Shown: positions 18,564 to 30,137, numbered from the stretch's first letter. The stretch is 64,000 nt of DNA from Trueperaceae bacterium (GCA_035703635.1 DASSXV010000075.1:25103-89102), one strand, 5' to 3'. Numbers and translations: made by a program. Notes: generated by a model from the letters alone, not told the origin.

Positions 18564-19697
18564 TCAGCTTGCCGTTGCTTGGTAGCGGTTTAGAACGGCG
18601 GTGGCGCCTGCTAGTTGCCATCTCACGCGGTCTGCGAGCGGCGCCCATCTTCCTGTCTCAAGCGTGATCGAAGGGCAGTGCCGATCGCAGTAGTTCCCGA
18701 AGGACGTTCCCTCCAACGCTGCGCTCTGCACCCTACCGACCATCATTCCTGGCTCGGGTTCAGTCAGCCCTTCACGAATACGCGGCCCGAATGAGCGCTC
18801 TAGGTCGGCGAGGGTTACGGGGCCGTGCCCGTCGGAGCCCATTGCTTTCAGGGCTTCTCTGGCGAACTCCCGAGTGGAGGCGTGGGGCGAGTCGGCTCCG
18901 ACGAACACGTAATAACTGGTCCCTTGTCCTTCATGCAGGTCGAGGACCAAACCAGGCTTGACGTCGTCCACCAATTCGCGCAGGAGCCTAACTTCAGCTG
19001 GCTCCTCGGGTCCACCGAAGCCGCGGTTCATGTCGGCAACGATGCCCTTGCCGCGAATCGTGGCGCTGAAAGCGCGGAGAAAGTCGCCTACGCCCTCGGC
19101 AGATCCCGCGTTAGAAGGGAACACGATGCGCTTACCCAAGGTCCGTTTAACCAGTTCAGGGTTTGCAGTGAGCGCAACATTCACGGCTTGTTCGAGTTGC
19201 CGCGGCCCGATGGGCGGGTCCTCGGTGGGCATGGTCGCGAAGACCATCCCACCGATCTCCGCGATCACCAGCCCGCCCTCGTCATGCAGCTTCTCACCGC
19301 GTGACAGTAGCGCTTCGACCGACGACCGATAATCGGTGATGGGGTCGTCGATTTGGTCGCCCCCACAGGCGAACTCCAAGGCCGGTTCGTAACCCTGCCA
19401 AGCGAATGGATCTCGCAATGGGACGATTATCGTGGGTGCAGCGAAATCGTAATCCCGCGCCAAGAGCAGAGCGGCGAGAACGCCGGAGGGTTCGCCAGCG
19501 TGGGCACCGGCAGTAATCACGATGGGGCGGCCTGAGGCGCCGCCCCTCCTCGTAACCAACAATGGTTGCCCGGCGAAGTTGTTCCCCAGGGAGGCAACCG
19601 TCAGGCCAAGGCTCTCCAGCCAGGCGCTTATCTGCTCAACGCTCGCCAGCGGACCGAGACCAAGGTACTCGCCGGGTTGACGAAGCGTTTCACTCAA
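18564..19697 (-). CDS. M14 family zinc carboxypeptidase/amidase-like protein
   Basis: AGAHAGE (HxxE), DMNRGF, LDLHEG, ITLETG, with a long insertion between the motifs. Confidence 0.75.
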   Translation of the reverse strand: MSETLRQPGEYLGLGPLASVEQISAWLESLGLTVASLGNNFAGQPLLVTRRGGASGRPIVITAGAHAGEPSGVLAALLLARDYDFAAPTIIVPLRDPFAWQGYEPALEFACGGDQIDDPITDYRSSVEALLSRGEKLHDEGGLVIAEIGGMVFATMPTEDPPIGPRQLEQAVNVALTANPELVKRTLGKRIVFPSNAGSAEGVGDFLRAFSATIRGKGIVADMNRGFGGPEEPAEVRLLRELVDDVKPGLVLDLHEGQGTSYYVFVGADSPHASTREFAREALKAMGSDGHGPVTLADLERSFGPRIREGLTEPEPGMMVGRVQSAALEGTSFGNYCDRHCPSITLETGRWAPLADRVRWQLAGATAVLNRYQATAS

Positions 19698-21159
19698 GGC
19701 TGGCGTCCCACAGGAAGATGTACTCGTCGCGGCGCGGCTCCCAGTTGAGGCTATCAGTCACACCATAGAGAGAGGGCTGACGCCACAGGAAGAGCCAGGG
19801 GGCCTGCTCGAAAGCGAGCTCATCGAGCGATTGGATAAGCGCGAGCCGTTCTGAGTCATCGAAGGTCGTCGCGAGGGTCTCAAAGCCTGAGACGAAGTCT
19901 TCGTTCACCCAGCCGGTGTTGCTGGTCTGATCGAGCAGCCAGGTGAGTTCACCCTGGCCATCGAACCAGCCGCCAAGCCCGAGGAGGAACATCTCTTTGC
20001 TGCCCTTGGACAACCAGGCTGACGAGAAGACCGACCATTCAAGCACTTCGACTCTCGTCTTGATTCCTACTTGGTCAAGGTACGCGGCGACTGCCTGAGC
20101 GGCCTCAACGTCCTTCAGGTAACGGCCGTTGGGGGACTGGAGGGTGATTTCGAAACCGTTCGGGTAGCCAGCCTCGGCTAGTAGTTCACGGGCGCGGGCT
20201 GGGTCGTAAGGATAGGGTTCAACGTTCGGGCTGTTATTCGGGGGCATCACTACCGACCCATAGAGTTCGCCGTACCCGCCCAAGATCGCCTCGTTGATAG
20301 CTTCGCGGTCGACCGCATAGTTCACGGCTTGACGAACGCGCACATCGTCGAAGGGCTTGAGGTCGGAGCGGAGACCGATGAACACGTCACGTCCGCCTTG
20401 CGAGATGACTGAACGCGTACGCGCGGTGGTGATGGACGGAAGGTCGTCGGGCGGAACGTTGACGATCAGGTTGACGGCCCCAGTCAAGAGCTCAGCGACG
20501 CGTGTAGAGTTCTCCGGAATGGCGCGGAATGCTACTTCTTTGATCGCAGGGGCTCCACCCCAGTAGTCGAGGTTGGCACGCAGTTCTACACCTGAGTCGC
20601 GGACCCACGCCTCGAACCTGTATGGACCAGTTCCCGAGGCAACGCTTACAACCGGCTCTTTGCTGGCGTAAACGGTCGGGTCGACCATCAGCACGGTACG
20701 CAGGAAATGCGGCATGAGAACCGTTGGGGTACGGGTAATGATGCGCACCGTGTAGTCGTCAACCACTTCAACACGGTCCAGGGGTATGTCGCGGACGGCG
20801 CGGTGGATCGTCGTGATCTCGGGGTCGAACATACGCTCGATCGAGAACTTCACGGCCTGGGCGTTGAACGCGGCGCCGCTGTGGAAGGTCACGCCCTGCC
20901 GCAACACGAACTCCCAAGTGAGCTCGTCTATCGCCGTCCAGGAAAGCGCAAGCATGGGCTGGAGGACCATGTTGTCGTCACGCAACATCAATGGTTCAAA
21001 GACATGATGCAGCACGTTCCAGGTTGCCGTACTCGACGCGAAGGTCGGATCCATCGTCTCGATGTCGACGCCCTGAGCCACAACGACGCGTCCTTCCGGC
21101 GCCTGAGCGAAACTCAGCGTCGCGAGAACGAACGCAAGTACCATCAACAGCTTCTTCAT
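19690..21159 (-). CDS. Peptide ABC substrate-binding protein (family 5)
   Basis: Signal peptide AQA; LRQGVTFHSG, GTGPY, DVRVRQAVNYAVDR. Confidence 0.93.
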   Translation of the reverse strand: MKKLLMVLAFVLATLSFAQAPEGRVVVAQGVDIETMDPTFASSTATWNVLHHVFEPLMLRDDNMVLQPMLALSWTAIDELTWEFVLRQGVTFHSGAAFNAQAVKFSIERMFDPEITTIHRAVRDIPLDRVEVVDDYTVRIITRTPTVLMPHFLRTVLMVDPTVYASKEPVVSVASGTGPYRFEAWVRDSGVELRANLDYWGGAPAIKEVAFRAIPENSTRVAELLTGAVNLIVNVPPDDLPSITTARTRSVISQGGRDVFIGLRSDLKPFDDVRVRQAVNYAVDREAINEAILGGYGELYGSVVMPPNNSPNVEPYPYDPARARELLAEAGYPNGFEITLQSPNGRYLKDVEAAQAVAAYLDQVGIKTRVEVLEWSVFSSAWLSKGSKEMFLLGLGGWFDGQGELTWLLDQTSNTGWVNEDFVSGFETLATTFDDSERLALIQSLDELAFEQAPWLFLWRQPSLYGVTDSLNWEPRRDEYIFLWDASLE

Positions 21160-21240
21160 TCATGCCTCCTGAAATGTGCCGCTTCCATGGATGTGCCCGA
21201 TTAGTGATCGAGCCGGGTGCTTGTTAGAGGTAGAGAACGC

Positions 21241-22158
21241 TTAGAAATCGCGTTCGAACGGAGTGAGCGTGGCCGTAACCAGTTCGCGCAGCATCTGAAC
21301 GTATGCCATCGAGGATTCGCCCGATACCCCATCAACAGCGAAGACGGCCTTTCCGGTGCCCCCATCGCGGCAATCGAGCTCTATCGCCTTCTCAAGCATC
21401 GCCTTCTCTTCGGCGGGATCCAACGCGAGGTCAGGCCGGTTGGCCCCAATCGCCAAGGCCGCTGCCAACGCGTATGCTCCCCAGTTGGAGATTGCTACGG
21501 GATAAAGGAAGGTGGTCGCCACGGTCGTAACGATGGTGTCGCCGAAGGGGAGAATGCGCGCGGCCAGTTCGTAAGTCTTCCCGAAACCAATCTCGTTGCC
21601 GCCATCACCGATACCGACCGTGACTTTACCGGCCTCGTTCATGCTTCTGATGAGCTGATCGATGTTCGCTCGTGTGTGACTACGAGGATTGGCGTTGATG
21701 GAGTGCAGCAACCCCTCCTTGTTTCCGCCAGCTTTCTCAACAGTGATGCCGACGTCGTACGTTTGGGCTATCTCGGCGTGCTGTCCGCCGGCTCTGACGA
21801 GTTCAACGATCGCCACATCAGACCCGAGGAGCTCGGCGAATGCTCGCTGTGGAGCCAGGACCTCGGCCTCCGTAAAGATGGTCACGTCGGCGCCGAGCCT
21901 CTCAAGGGCTCGCGCCAATACGATCGCGCCCATCGGGCCGTCATTCTCTCCGTTGGGCAAGTGATCTGGAACGGTCGCACCGGTGAAGATGGCGATTCGC
22001 GCTCCAAGGTTCCCGAGCAGACTCTGGGCGATGTCGTACGAGATGGCGTTCTCGTCCTTGGCGGCGTCGTAAACCTCGACCATCGCGCCTCGCGGCATGC
22101 CTGGGGCCCTAATGCCAACGTTCACGAGCCGATCGATGTTCTCGCAAGCAATCTTCAT
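21241..22158 (-). CDS. D-glutamate cyclase-like domain protein (DUF4392)
   Basis: ENDGPMGA, VEKAG, GIGDGGNEIGFG, SNWGAYAL. Confidence 0.8.
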   Translation of the reverse strand: MKIACENIDRLVNVGIRAPGMPRGAMVEVYDAAKDENAISYDIAQSLLGNLGARIAIFTGATVPDHLPNGENDGPMGAIVLARALERLGADVTIFTEAEVLAPQRAFAELLGSDVAIVELVRAGGQHAEIAQTYDVGITVEKAGGNKEGLLHSINANPRSHTRANIDQLIRSMNEAGKVTVGIGDGGNEIGFGKTYELAARILPFGDTIVTTVATTFLYPVAISNWGAYALAAALAIGANRPDLALDPAEEKAMLEKAIELDCRDGGTGKAVFAVDGVSGESSMAYVQMLRELVTATLTPFERDF

Positions 22159-22278
22159 GGAAGTTCTCCTTCGCGCTAGTCAAATGTCTTGTTTGACCCG
22201 TTAGCCAAACAGGGGGCCACAAGACACATATGACGCCATAGCATCTTCTTGCGACTAGCTTTGGCGGGTTTCCGTCAT

Positions 22279-22332
22279 AGCCGCATCATAGGCACGGCGT
22301 TTTGCGGCTGTCAATAACCAGGCTTTGCGGCT
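22279..22332 (-). promoter_or_regulatory. Sigma70-like promoter of the DUF4392 operon, with repeated AGCCGCA boxes
   Basis: - strand TTGACA-N18-TATGAT (22314-22285). AGCCGCA at 22279; TGCGGCT at 22303 and 22326. Confidence 0.6.
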
Positions 22333-22474
22333 CTAACTAAACGGTGAACGCAGATAGGACCTTGCCATCTGGTGTGAAGGACGGGGCCTAACCTGACACT
22401 CATCGATCGCTAGTCGATGCGGAGGTTGGATCAGAACATCATCAAGAACGAGCTTGGCGTGGGTAAACTCCAGC

Positions 22475-22846
22475 ATGCGCCTCTCCCCGCGTCTCCTAAC
22501 CCGCAGCGCGCGTCACGGTGCGCTCATCGCCGCCGCACTGATAGCACTGACCTTATCCGCCTGTACACCATCGCTCACGGTCGACGTGGGCGCGTCCGTC
22601 CGGGTGACCGCCACCCCTACCAGCAGCGGACTGCTGACGGTGCACGTGCCAGCCAGCCGTAAAGGCGCCATCGAAGTGCAGGACGTGGACGGCCGCTACT
22701 TCAAGATCCCGCCCGGACACTTCCCACCACCCGGCACCTGCCGCATCTGGTATCCGCACCAGCCACCCGGCCAGCAACCCCCTCCCGGCGCATGCCGCGA
22801 GCTTGAACGACGCGTGCCGGCGGGCGCTTACCTTGTGTACGGGTGA
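22475..22846 (+). CDS. Small proline-rich lipoprotein
   Basis: Lipobox LSA-C; C-terminal IPPGHFPPPGTCRIW...PPGQQPPPGAC. Confidence 0.65.
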   Translation: MRLSPRLLTRSARHGALIAAALIALTLSACTPSLTVDVGASVRVTATPTSSGLLTVHVPASRKGAIEVQDVDGRYFKIPPGHFPPPGTCRIWYPHQPPGQQPPPGACRELERRVPAGAYLVYG

Positions 22847-22949
22847 GGACGCGGACGGCTGTGGCCAGAGGGCGTTGGGACTAACCGAGCTCACAACGTC
22901 AACAGGCAAGCGTTGCGGTGACGCATTGAGACCACCTGGGAGGTCGTCC

Positions 22950-24162
<1,213 letters not shown>

Positions 24163-24249
24163 TCACAGGCTTGCACCACTATTAGCCTCAGTGCTCGTGA
24201 GGTCGGAGGCCGCGCGATTACAGTTTCGAACGACTCAACCGACTTCGAC

Positions 24250-24631
24250 GAGGCGGCAACAGCGCCTCCTAGACCAGACCCCAATGCACATGCCGGCGAA
24301 TGTATTCGGATCTCCCCATCCTGCTCGGGCCCGCTTCCTCGTACCTACCCGCCGCAGCTACAAGGGCCGAGTCAACTCCAGAACTCTCGACCAGCCAGAA
24401 CAGCATCTGCGGGTTGACCACGTGGTTGTAGGCAAAGCGGGCATCGCGGCCACCGGTGACCTTGCGCCCATATGTACGGGGACCGTCGTACTCCCACAGC
24501 CAGCCGAGCCAATGCTCCTTCTGTGTCCGGTACCAGACCCCGGGAGAGTCCACCGGCTCATCTTCGGGAAGCCGGGAGATCTTAGTCCTCAGCTCACTTG
24601 GTGTGCGAACCGGCTAGGCGGACATAATCAT
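24250..24631 (-). pseudogene. Trp/Tyr-rich hypothetical gene interrupted by in-frame TAG codons
   Basis: WYRTQKEHWLGWL-EY-G...YNH...MLFWL. In-frame TAG at 24614-24616 just after the ATG and at 24269-24271. 3' end is approximate. Confidence 0.5.
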
Positions 24632-24695
24632 GAAAGGCGTGCTGCGAGTTCACCGGTAGGGCACCAAAGACCAAAACTCCGTACCACATGTCCGA

Positions 24696-25286
24696 TCATC
24701 CGGCGCTCCGAGAGTTCCACTCTAGGCTGAATCGCTTGATGAGCCCAAGCTCTAGACCAGCACTAGCGTGAATCGGCAGGCCGTTCCATTCCAGGTCTGG
24801 GGGCGTGGCAACGAAGATTTCTACGCTTCCACCTTGCTCCAGTAAGTCTCTGATGATCGTGTTCAGACGGAGGCTGGTGCGTTGGGTAGAACCTGGCCGC
24901 AGGTACGACCGGAATCGGGTGGCCAAGCTGCGAGTCGCTACACCCACGTAGACCGCATAGCCTTTGACTACAAACGCGTACGCACCTACCGCCTTGGGCA
25001 AAGGCCGCTCCAGCTCAATCCGACCATCGACCGAGAGTATCCAAGAGCCGGCAGAGACGAAGCCACCCGACCTAAGAGTCTCGACGGAAAGCGGCGGTTT
25101 ATTAGAGGGCGACTCTGCGCGTCGAGGAGCCTTGGACGTGACCTCTCCAGGGATCCTCGAGGGCAACATCCCGGACCTGCATAGGACATCGTAGGCATGC
25201 TGGTAGCGGATACCTAGGATTCCAGCAATCTCCACAACTGAACTGCCCGAACGGGCTAGTTCGCGAATCTTGTCGGCCTTGGTCAT
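24696..25286 (-). CDS. GIY-YIG nuclease family protein with an N-terminal HTH
   Basis: GAYAF...VYVG...R(F)...LE(L)...WN; N-terminus TKADKIRELARSG...IAGILGIRYQHAY. Confidence 0.8.
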   Translation of the reverse strand: MTKADKIRELARSGSSVVEIAGILGIRYQHAYDVLCRSGMLPSRIPGEVTSKAPRRAESPSNKPPLSVETLRSGGFVSAGSWILSVDGRIELERPLPKAVGAYAFVVKGYAVYVGVATRSLATRFRSYLRPGSTQRTSLRLNTIIRDLLEQGGSVEIFVATPPDLEWNGLPIHASAGLELGLIKRFSLEWNSRSAG

Positions 25287-25415
25287 CTCTTGTGACGACA
25301 GTGTAGTCCAGATTCCATTGTCTTAACCTAGGGGCGTGCACCGAGCCGCGCCGGGTGCGCTCTCTCCCAACTTGCGTGGAGCATTACAGAGGTTCAATGC
25401 CTGCGACAGGCGGCC

Positions 25416-26590
25416 TCAAGGAGCATGTACCGCCGCCCTAGCCGCGGTATGCCCGGCACGGAGCTCCTCCACATGGAACTCAACGGCCGCGAAGAAGTGA
25501 ACCTTGCTGTCTACGGCTAGGAGAAGGCTCAGATCAAACTCCGGCATCTGCCGTCGCCTATTCGCAGGGATGGTGAAGCCCTTGAGTCTCTCGTACCGCG
25601 CGATCAGGTTGTCACGAGCCCCCTCATAGCTGAAGGGCTCAAACTCATCTAGAGCGTTGAGGGCTACACTGTGCCTACCGCGCATCGAAATTCCTGCGAT
25701 GCGCACGACTCCGCTATCAACAGGCAGCTCCAAGTAGGCACCGCCCACCTTCGCTCCAAGGCCGAAGCGAACTATGAGCCCGCTCAGCCGCGCCCAGTCA
25801 AATAGTTCACGGGCGAGGCCAGCAGCCTGAGGGCCAGCGTGCTCGCTCATCGACGTGAGCAACAAGTCCTCGTTCCACTCAACATGCGCAGCACTAGAGT
25901 CGGGTCCCTTGCGCCTTCTCGCCTTCGCTGTTTGACCCAGTAGGCGCGGGACCAGCGTTTGAACGCCCTCATTCTCTCCAAGGTACTGGCGAACCTCGAC
26001 CGCAAGCACCTCCGCAGGGCCAATCTGGTCGTTCAGGAACTCAACCACGCGCTGCACTTCAAGTGGGACGCGATCCGCCACGAAAACCATTCGTACCCGA
26101 CCAGCATCAAGGTTCGTGGCGACACGTTGCCAGAATGCCTCGGCGGTCTGACATCACTTAGAAACTCGCTCAAGACCTGCTCCGGCTGCCATCCAGTCTG
26201 TTCGCAAGTCGCTTCGAAATCGGGGGAGTGACTGTCCGCAGACCAGAAGGTCGCGGCATTGGCCGCGTAATCGAGCATCTGTCCGATCATCTCGCGGCGG
26301 ATCCGAGTGTCGCTCGAACGATTGACCTCTACTAATATCGGCGCTACTTGGGTAGCTACGAAAAGGTGCTCGACCGACCACCGGCCCGACGACTCTTCGC
26401 TATCAGGGACCGATGCCTACCGCCGGACCAGCAACAATTGCGAGTCACGATCAGAGATGCTGGAACCCAACGACTGGGGGAAGGTCTCGAGCAGCGATTG
26501 AAGCACGTCCTCTTTGGCGTAAGGGCTCGGCACCATCTTCACCTGCCCCGTCGACTCGCTTAGTAGGAAGACATCATCTTCAATCACGGT
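25416..26590 (-). pseudogene. PD-(D/E)XK (NucS/EndoMS-like) nuclease gene with a stop codon and a frameshift
   Basis: PYAKEDVLQSLLE...LLLVRR*ASVPDSE...WSVEHLFV...LVEV...RREMIGQMLDYAAN, then a frameshift to VFVADRVP...VEFLN...VLAVEVRQY. 5' end is approximate. Confidence 0.7.
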
Positions 26591-27859
26591 GTCATCACCA
26601 TGACACTCCGACGGGTTCGAAATATGACCCTTTCCAAACGAGATTGTCCGATTGGTATGGAAGTATGCTAAATACCGGTCACAAGCGGCTCCGGTCGGCC
26701 CGGCCGTAGCGAAGGTGAGGTGCCTCCGACACGCGAGAATGTGTCCTTGACAACCAGCTGGTATTGATGTTCGAGCCGAGCTTCCGGCAGTCCCTCGACA
26801 CGCCTCTCGAGAACATCGGAGTGTTGGCCCAAGGCAATGCGTCGATGATCCCTCATGAGCTCGACGCCATAGATTGGTGAAACCGTCGGCTGGCACGGGG
26901 TGCGCCTTTCCGTCGTGGAAGCGGAAACCTTCGACGTCGTCACGCGGTGCCGGAAGGGCAGCGTGGGGTTTAGGGACGTCATCACCGAAACGGCGCGCTA
27001 AGGTCGTCGCGGCGAGATCTACCCAGCGCGCTTGAGTCCCAATAACGTTGTGGCCAGCTGTTTCTGCTCGCATAAGTTGGATTGACAAGTCGGCGCGGAG
27101 TGCGTACAGGACGTGTTGTTTAGGAATGTCGGCGTATAGGTCAGCGAACGATTCTCTATCCTTGCTAGCTGACGGGCGGCCGCCGTGGATCATCACCCGG
27201 CTGAAGCGGTCTGCTTGCTCCTTGAGGGCTGAATACGCCGACATTCGTGGGGCGCTGTGGTAGTAGCGGGGCGGTTGCGGGCGGCATAGGCGAGTGCGGC
27301 CGGCGTCGGCCTCGGCGATCAGGTCGTGTTGGCCCCAGCGGCACACTCGAGCCCTGGGCGTTGGCGTGTGTTCGGGAAGAAGCGGATGATCGTGACGACG
27401 ATGCAGGGACGGCGGAAGTCGCCGACCAGCATCTCGCCGTAGTTGTGGGGCAGGTCGATCAGCTTGCGGACCGGGTCGCTCCACGGGTGACCGCCCTCGA
27501 CCAAATAGCGCATCGCGGTGCGGGCATGGGGCGTCTGCGTTCAGGGCCTTTGGCGCCGATAATTCGGTGCTTGACCACTCATCACGTAGGAGCGGGAGCA
27601 GGCGATTGGCTCGGGTCGTGCCCTTGAGGCGGCCTATCGACAGATAGACCTGCTCACGGCTGGATTGGTCGATAGCTGGCACCTAACGGCCGCCGTATCG
27701 ACGGTCAGTGGGTGGGTTAGTACTGGAGAGCATGACGTCGAGTCAGGCATGCATAGCGGAGCGGATGAGTGTATAGGTGCAAGGGTGCAAACTGGCCGAA
27801 ATGTGGGCGGGCGCCCCCTTGAGACGCCCGCGATTTTGCGTCCTACACGTTGTTTCTCA

Positions 27860-27934
<75 letters not shown>

Positions 27935-27955
27935 TTACCGCCAGCGTTACGAAGT

Positions 27956-28150
27956 CTAGCCTCTGGGCCGGGGGCCGTCAACGCCTTGCCCTCCCCTTCT
28001 CATCGGCCGAGGTCGCCTCCAGGGGCCCACCGGAGCCCCACCCACCAAATCCTCAACGCGCGTGTTGCGCGCAACCCCCCACTCACCGCGAAGGACGGCG
28101 CCAGCCTCCCTAACGCTCTCCCGGAGCTCCTCGACCCGCGCGTCCCCCAT
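27956..28150 (-). pseudogene. N-terminal fragment of a NadS/HigA-like antitoxin
   Basis: MGDARVEELRESVREAGAVLRGE resembles the N-terminus of these HTH antitoxins. No HTH follows. Confidence 0.45.
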
Positions 28151-28613
28151 ACTCAACTCCCGGCGCGGGACAGGAAGAAACTACGCCCGTAGCAATCTCC
28201 TCCTCTATGAAGCCCTTGAGAAGTCCTGCGATTTCCGGCGTGATCTCGACCTCGGTCAGCGGGTAGTCTTCCTTCCGCTTCGTCACTTCATCGCCTCCGC
28301 CCCAACTCTCTGGTAAAGCCTCGCGCCGCGACCCAACCGGACCCAGCTGCCGTAATTGCAACGTGCGAAACATGAATTGGGTCGCGGTTACGAGACGTTG
28401 ATTCAGGGATGGTTGATGACACACTCACGCGACTTGAAGGCGCCGTAGCTGAGGTGGAGTTCATAGGTGTGCCAATAGCGACCGGAGTGCCACAAGTTAA
28501 TGCAGGCGGTCCCATCTGGAACTCATTGCCATCCTCACTCCGATGGCGCCCCAGAACAGACGCCCACCCAGGACTCGGCCGTGCTCGCACTGGCCACTGC
28601 TGATCCGCGTTTT

Positions 28614-28951
28614 TCACGGCAGTAAGTCGAGCATCTGCGGCCTCGCTTTCATCGAGTGGATCACCAACTCGTTGCCGCTGTCGAAGACGAGAACGACGGT
28701 TTCCAGAAGACCCCCTTGGTATCGAAACCAAGCCGAAGCTGCCGGGCAGGACTGTCATCATCCAGCTCCTCGAGTTCCTCGGGCGTGAATCTGATCGCTA
28801 CAACCTGAGATGGTTGCGCACCGCGACCAGGCCGACCACGGCCGCGCTTCTTCAGAGCCGCAACGTCATAACCCGCCTTAGCTTCAGGTACCCACTCGGC
28901 TATCTGCCCTTCCGTAACGGGAACACCCTTGATCGTCTCCCGTGAGGCCAA
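28614..28951 (-). pseudogene. Collapsed TA pair: RHH/CopG antitoxin N-terminus fused to a toxin C-terminus
   Basis: EAKAGYDVAALKKRGRGRP...VVAIRFTPEEL joins DDDSPARQLRLGFDTKG, then frameshifts to LLETVVLVFDSGNELVIHSMKARPQMLDLLP*. Confidence 0.65.
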
Positions 28952-29324
28952 GGGGTTATTGTATTACAGAAAGATTGGGGGTCATGAACCACCATCCCCA
29001 ATACTCAGGCTGCGGCTCAGTACTTCTTCCTTGGCTCTAGCCGTCCGTTAGGGTAACGGTAGTGCGACGTGGACAGACTAAGAAATCTCATGTTGGAGGT
29101 TCCAATCCCTAGCCGGCTTAGGAACCTCCACTCTCTAACCCACAACCGTCTCACCTATAACGGAACTCAAACACTAAAGGCCCTGGCGCTAAGTACGCGT
29201 CACCGCGCGAAGAAGTCGTTGAGGCTGCTAGCAGTCGGACGGCATAGAAGTTGCTGGCGGGATGTTGGGACTAGAGACCCATCACCCCGCCAGCGGGCCA
29301 AGCTCAACGCGGGTACCGGGAATG

Positions 29325-30137
29325 CTACCCGCCGCTCACCGGCAGACCTACCTCCGGAGCCGGGGCCGGAGCCTGGGCTGGCGCCGGGCGAGCGTTGCGC
29401 GTCACCCAGTCGGCAAGCTGCAGCTCGGCGATCTTGGCACCCTCACCCGGCAGCAGGACGTCTTCGTCCATGGCCACGACGCCGAAGTACGGCGCTTGCG
29501 GGTCGGTGACGACCTCCCGCGGGTCGCCCTTCTTGGCAAGTGCGCCGCGCACCAACTCATCGAGGCGATAGCGCTGCGGGCCAGCAATCTCAACGATGCC
29601 GTTGAACGGCTCACCGACTGAAGCCTTGCCAACGCCTTGGGCGACCTCGTCCGCGGCCATTGGTTGGATGAACACGGGCTGCAGACGCACTGTGCCGCCC
29701 ACGGTAGCGGCGTCGGTGATGCGGCCCAGGAACTCGTAGAACTGCGTTGCGCGCACGATCGTGAAGGGGATGCCTGACTCGCGGATGAGCCGCTCCTGTT
29801 CGAGCTTGGCGCGGAAGTAGCCGCTTTGCTGCAGCCGCTCGGTGCCCACGACTGACAGCGCCACGTGATGCTTTACGTTGAAGGCATCCTCTGCGGCGAG
29901 CAGATTGCTCGTAGCGGTCTTGAAGAACTCCATGGCGGCGGCGTCCTCGAAGGACGGGGAGTTGGAGACGTCGACGACGACGTCCGCACCATCCAGAACT
30001 TCGGCGATGCCGGCCCCGGTGAGGACATTGACGCCGGTTTCTGGTGACGCCGCGATGGCACGGTGACCGCGCTCCGTGAGCTTGCTGACGAGCTTCGAGC
30101 CGATGAGTCCGGTCCCGCCAATTACGACGATGTTCAT
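29325..30137 (-). CDS. NmrA-like/atypical SDR NAD(P)-binding protein
   Basis: MNIVVIGGTGLIG, HHVALSVVG, GYFRAK, IVRATQFYEF; Pro/Ala-rich tail. Confidence 0.9.
   Translation of the reverse strand: MNIVVIGGTGLIGSKLVSKLTERGHRAIAASPETGVNVLTGAGIAEVLDGADVVVDVSNSPSFEDAAAMEFFKTATSNLLAAEDAFNVKHHVALSVVGTERLQQSGYFRAKLEQERLIRESGIPFTIVRATQFYEFLGRITDAATVGGTVRLQPVFIQPMAADEVAQGVGKASVGEPFNGIVEIAGPQRYRLDELVRGALAKKGDPREVVTDPQAPYFGVVAMDEDVLLPGEGAKIAELQLADWVTRNARPAPAQAPAPAPEVGLPVSGG

Noticed and set aside
22370-22395. tRNA 3'-end-like sequence (- strand ...CCGTCCTTCACACCA) as an att site
   Set aside because: It does not match the tRNA-Val 3' end and has no TTC loop or paired T-stem.
24269-26419. Amber recoding suggested by three in-frame TAG codons
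   Set aside because: Intact genes in the window end in TAG, and the same region has frameshifts, so decay explains it.
26417-27682. 421-aa ORF as a single real protein
   Set aside because: It reads as a patchwork of fragments, and only its last ~50 codons belong to the nuclease pseudogene.
29352-29390. Short GC-rich repeats as a DNA repeat element
   Set aside because: They encode the Pro/Ala tail of the NmrA-like protein.
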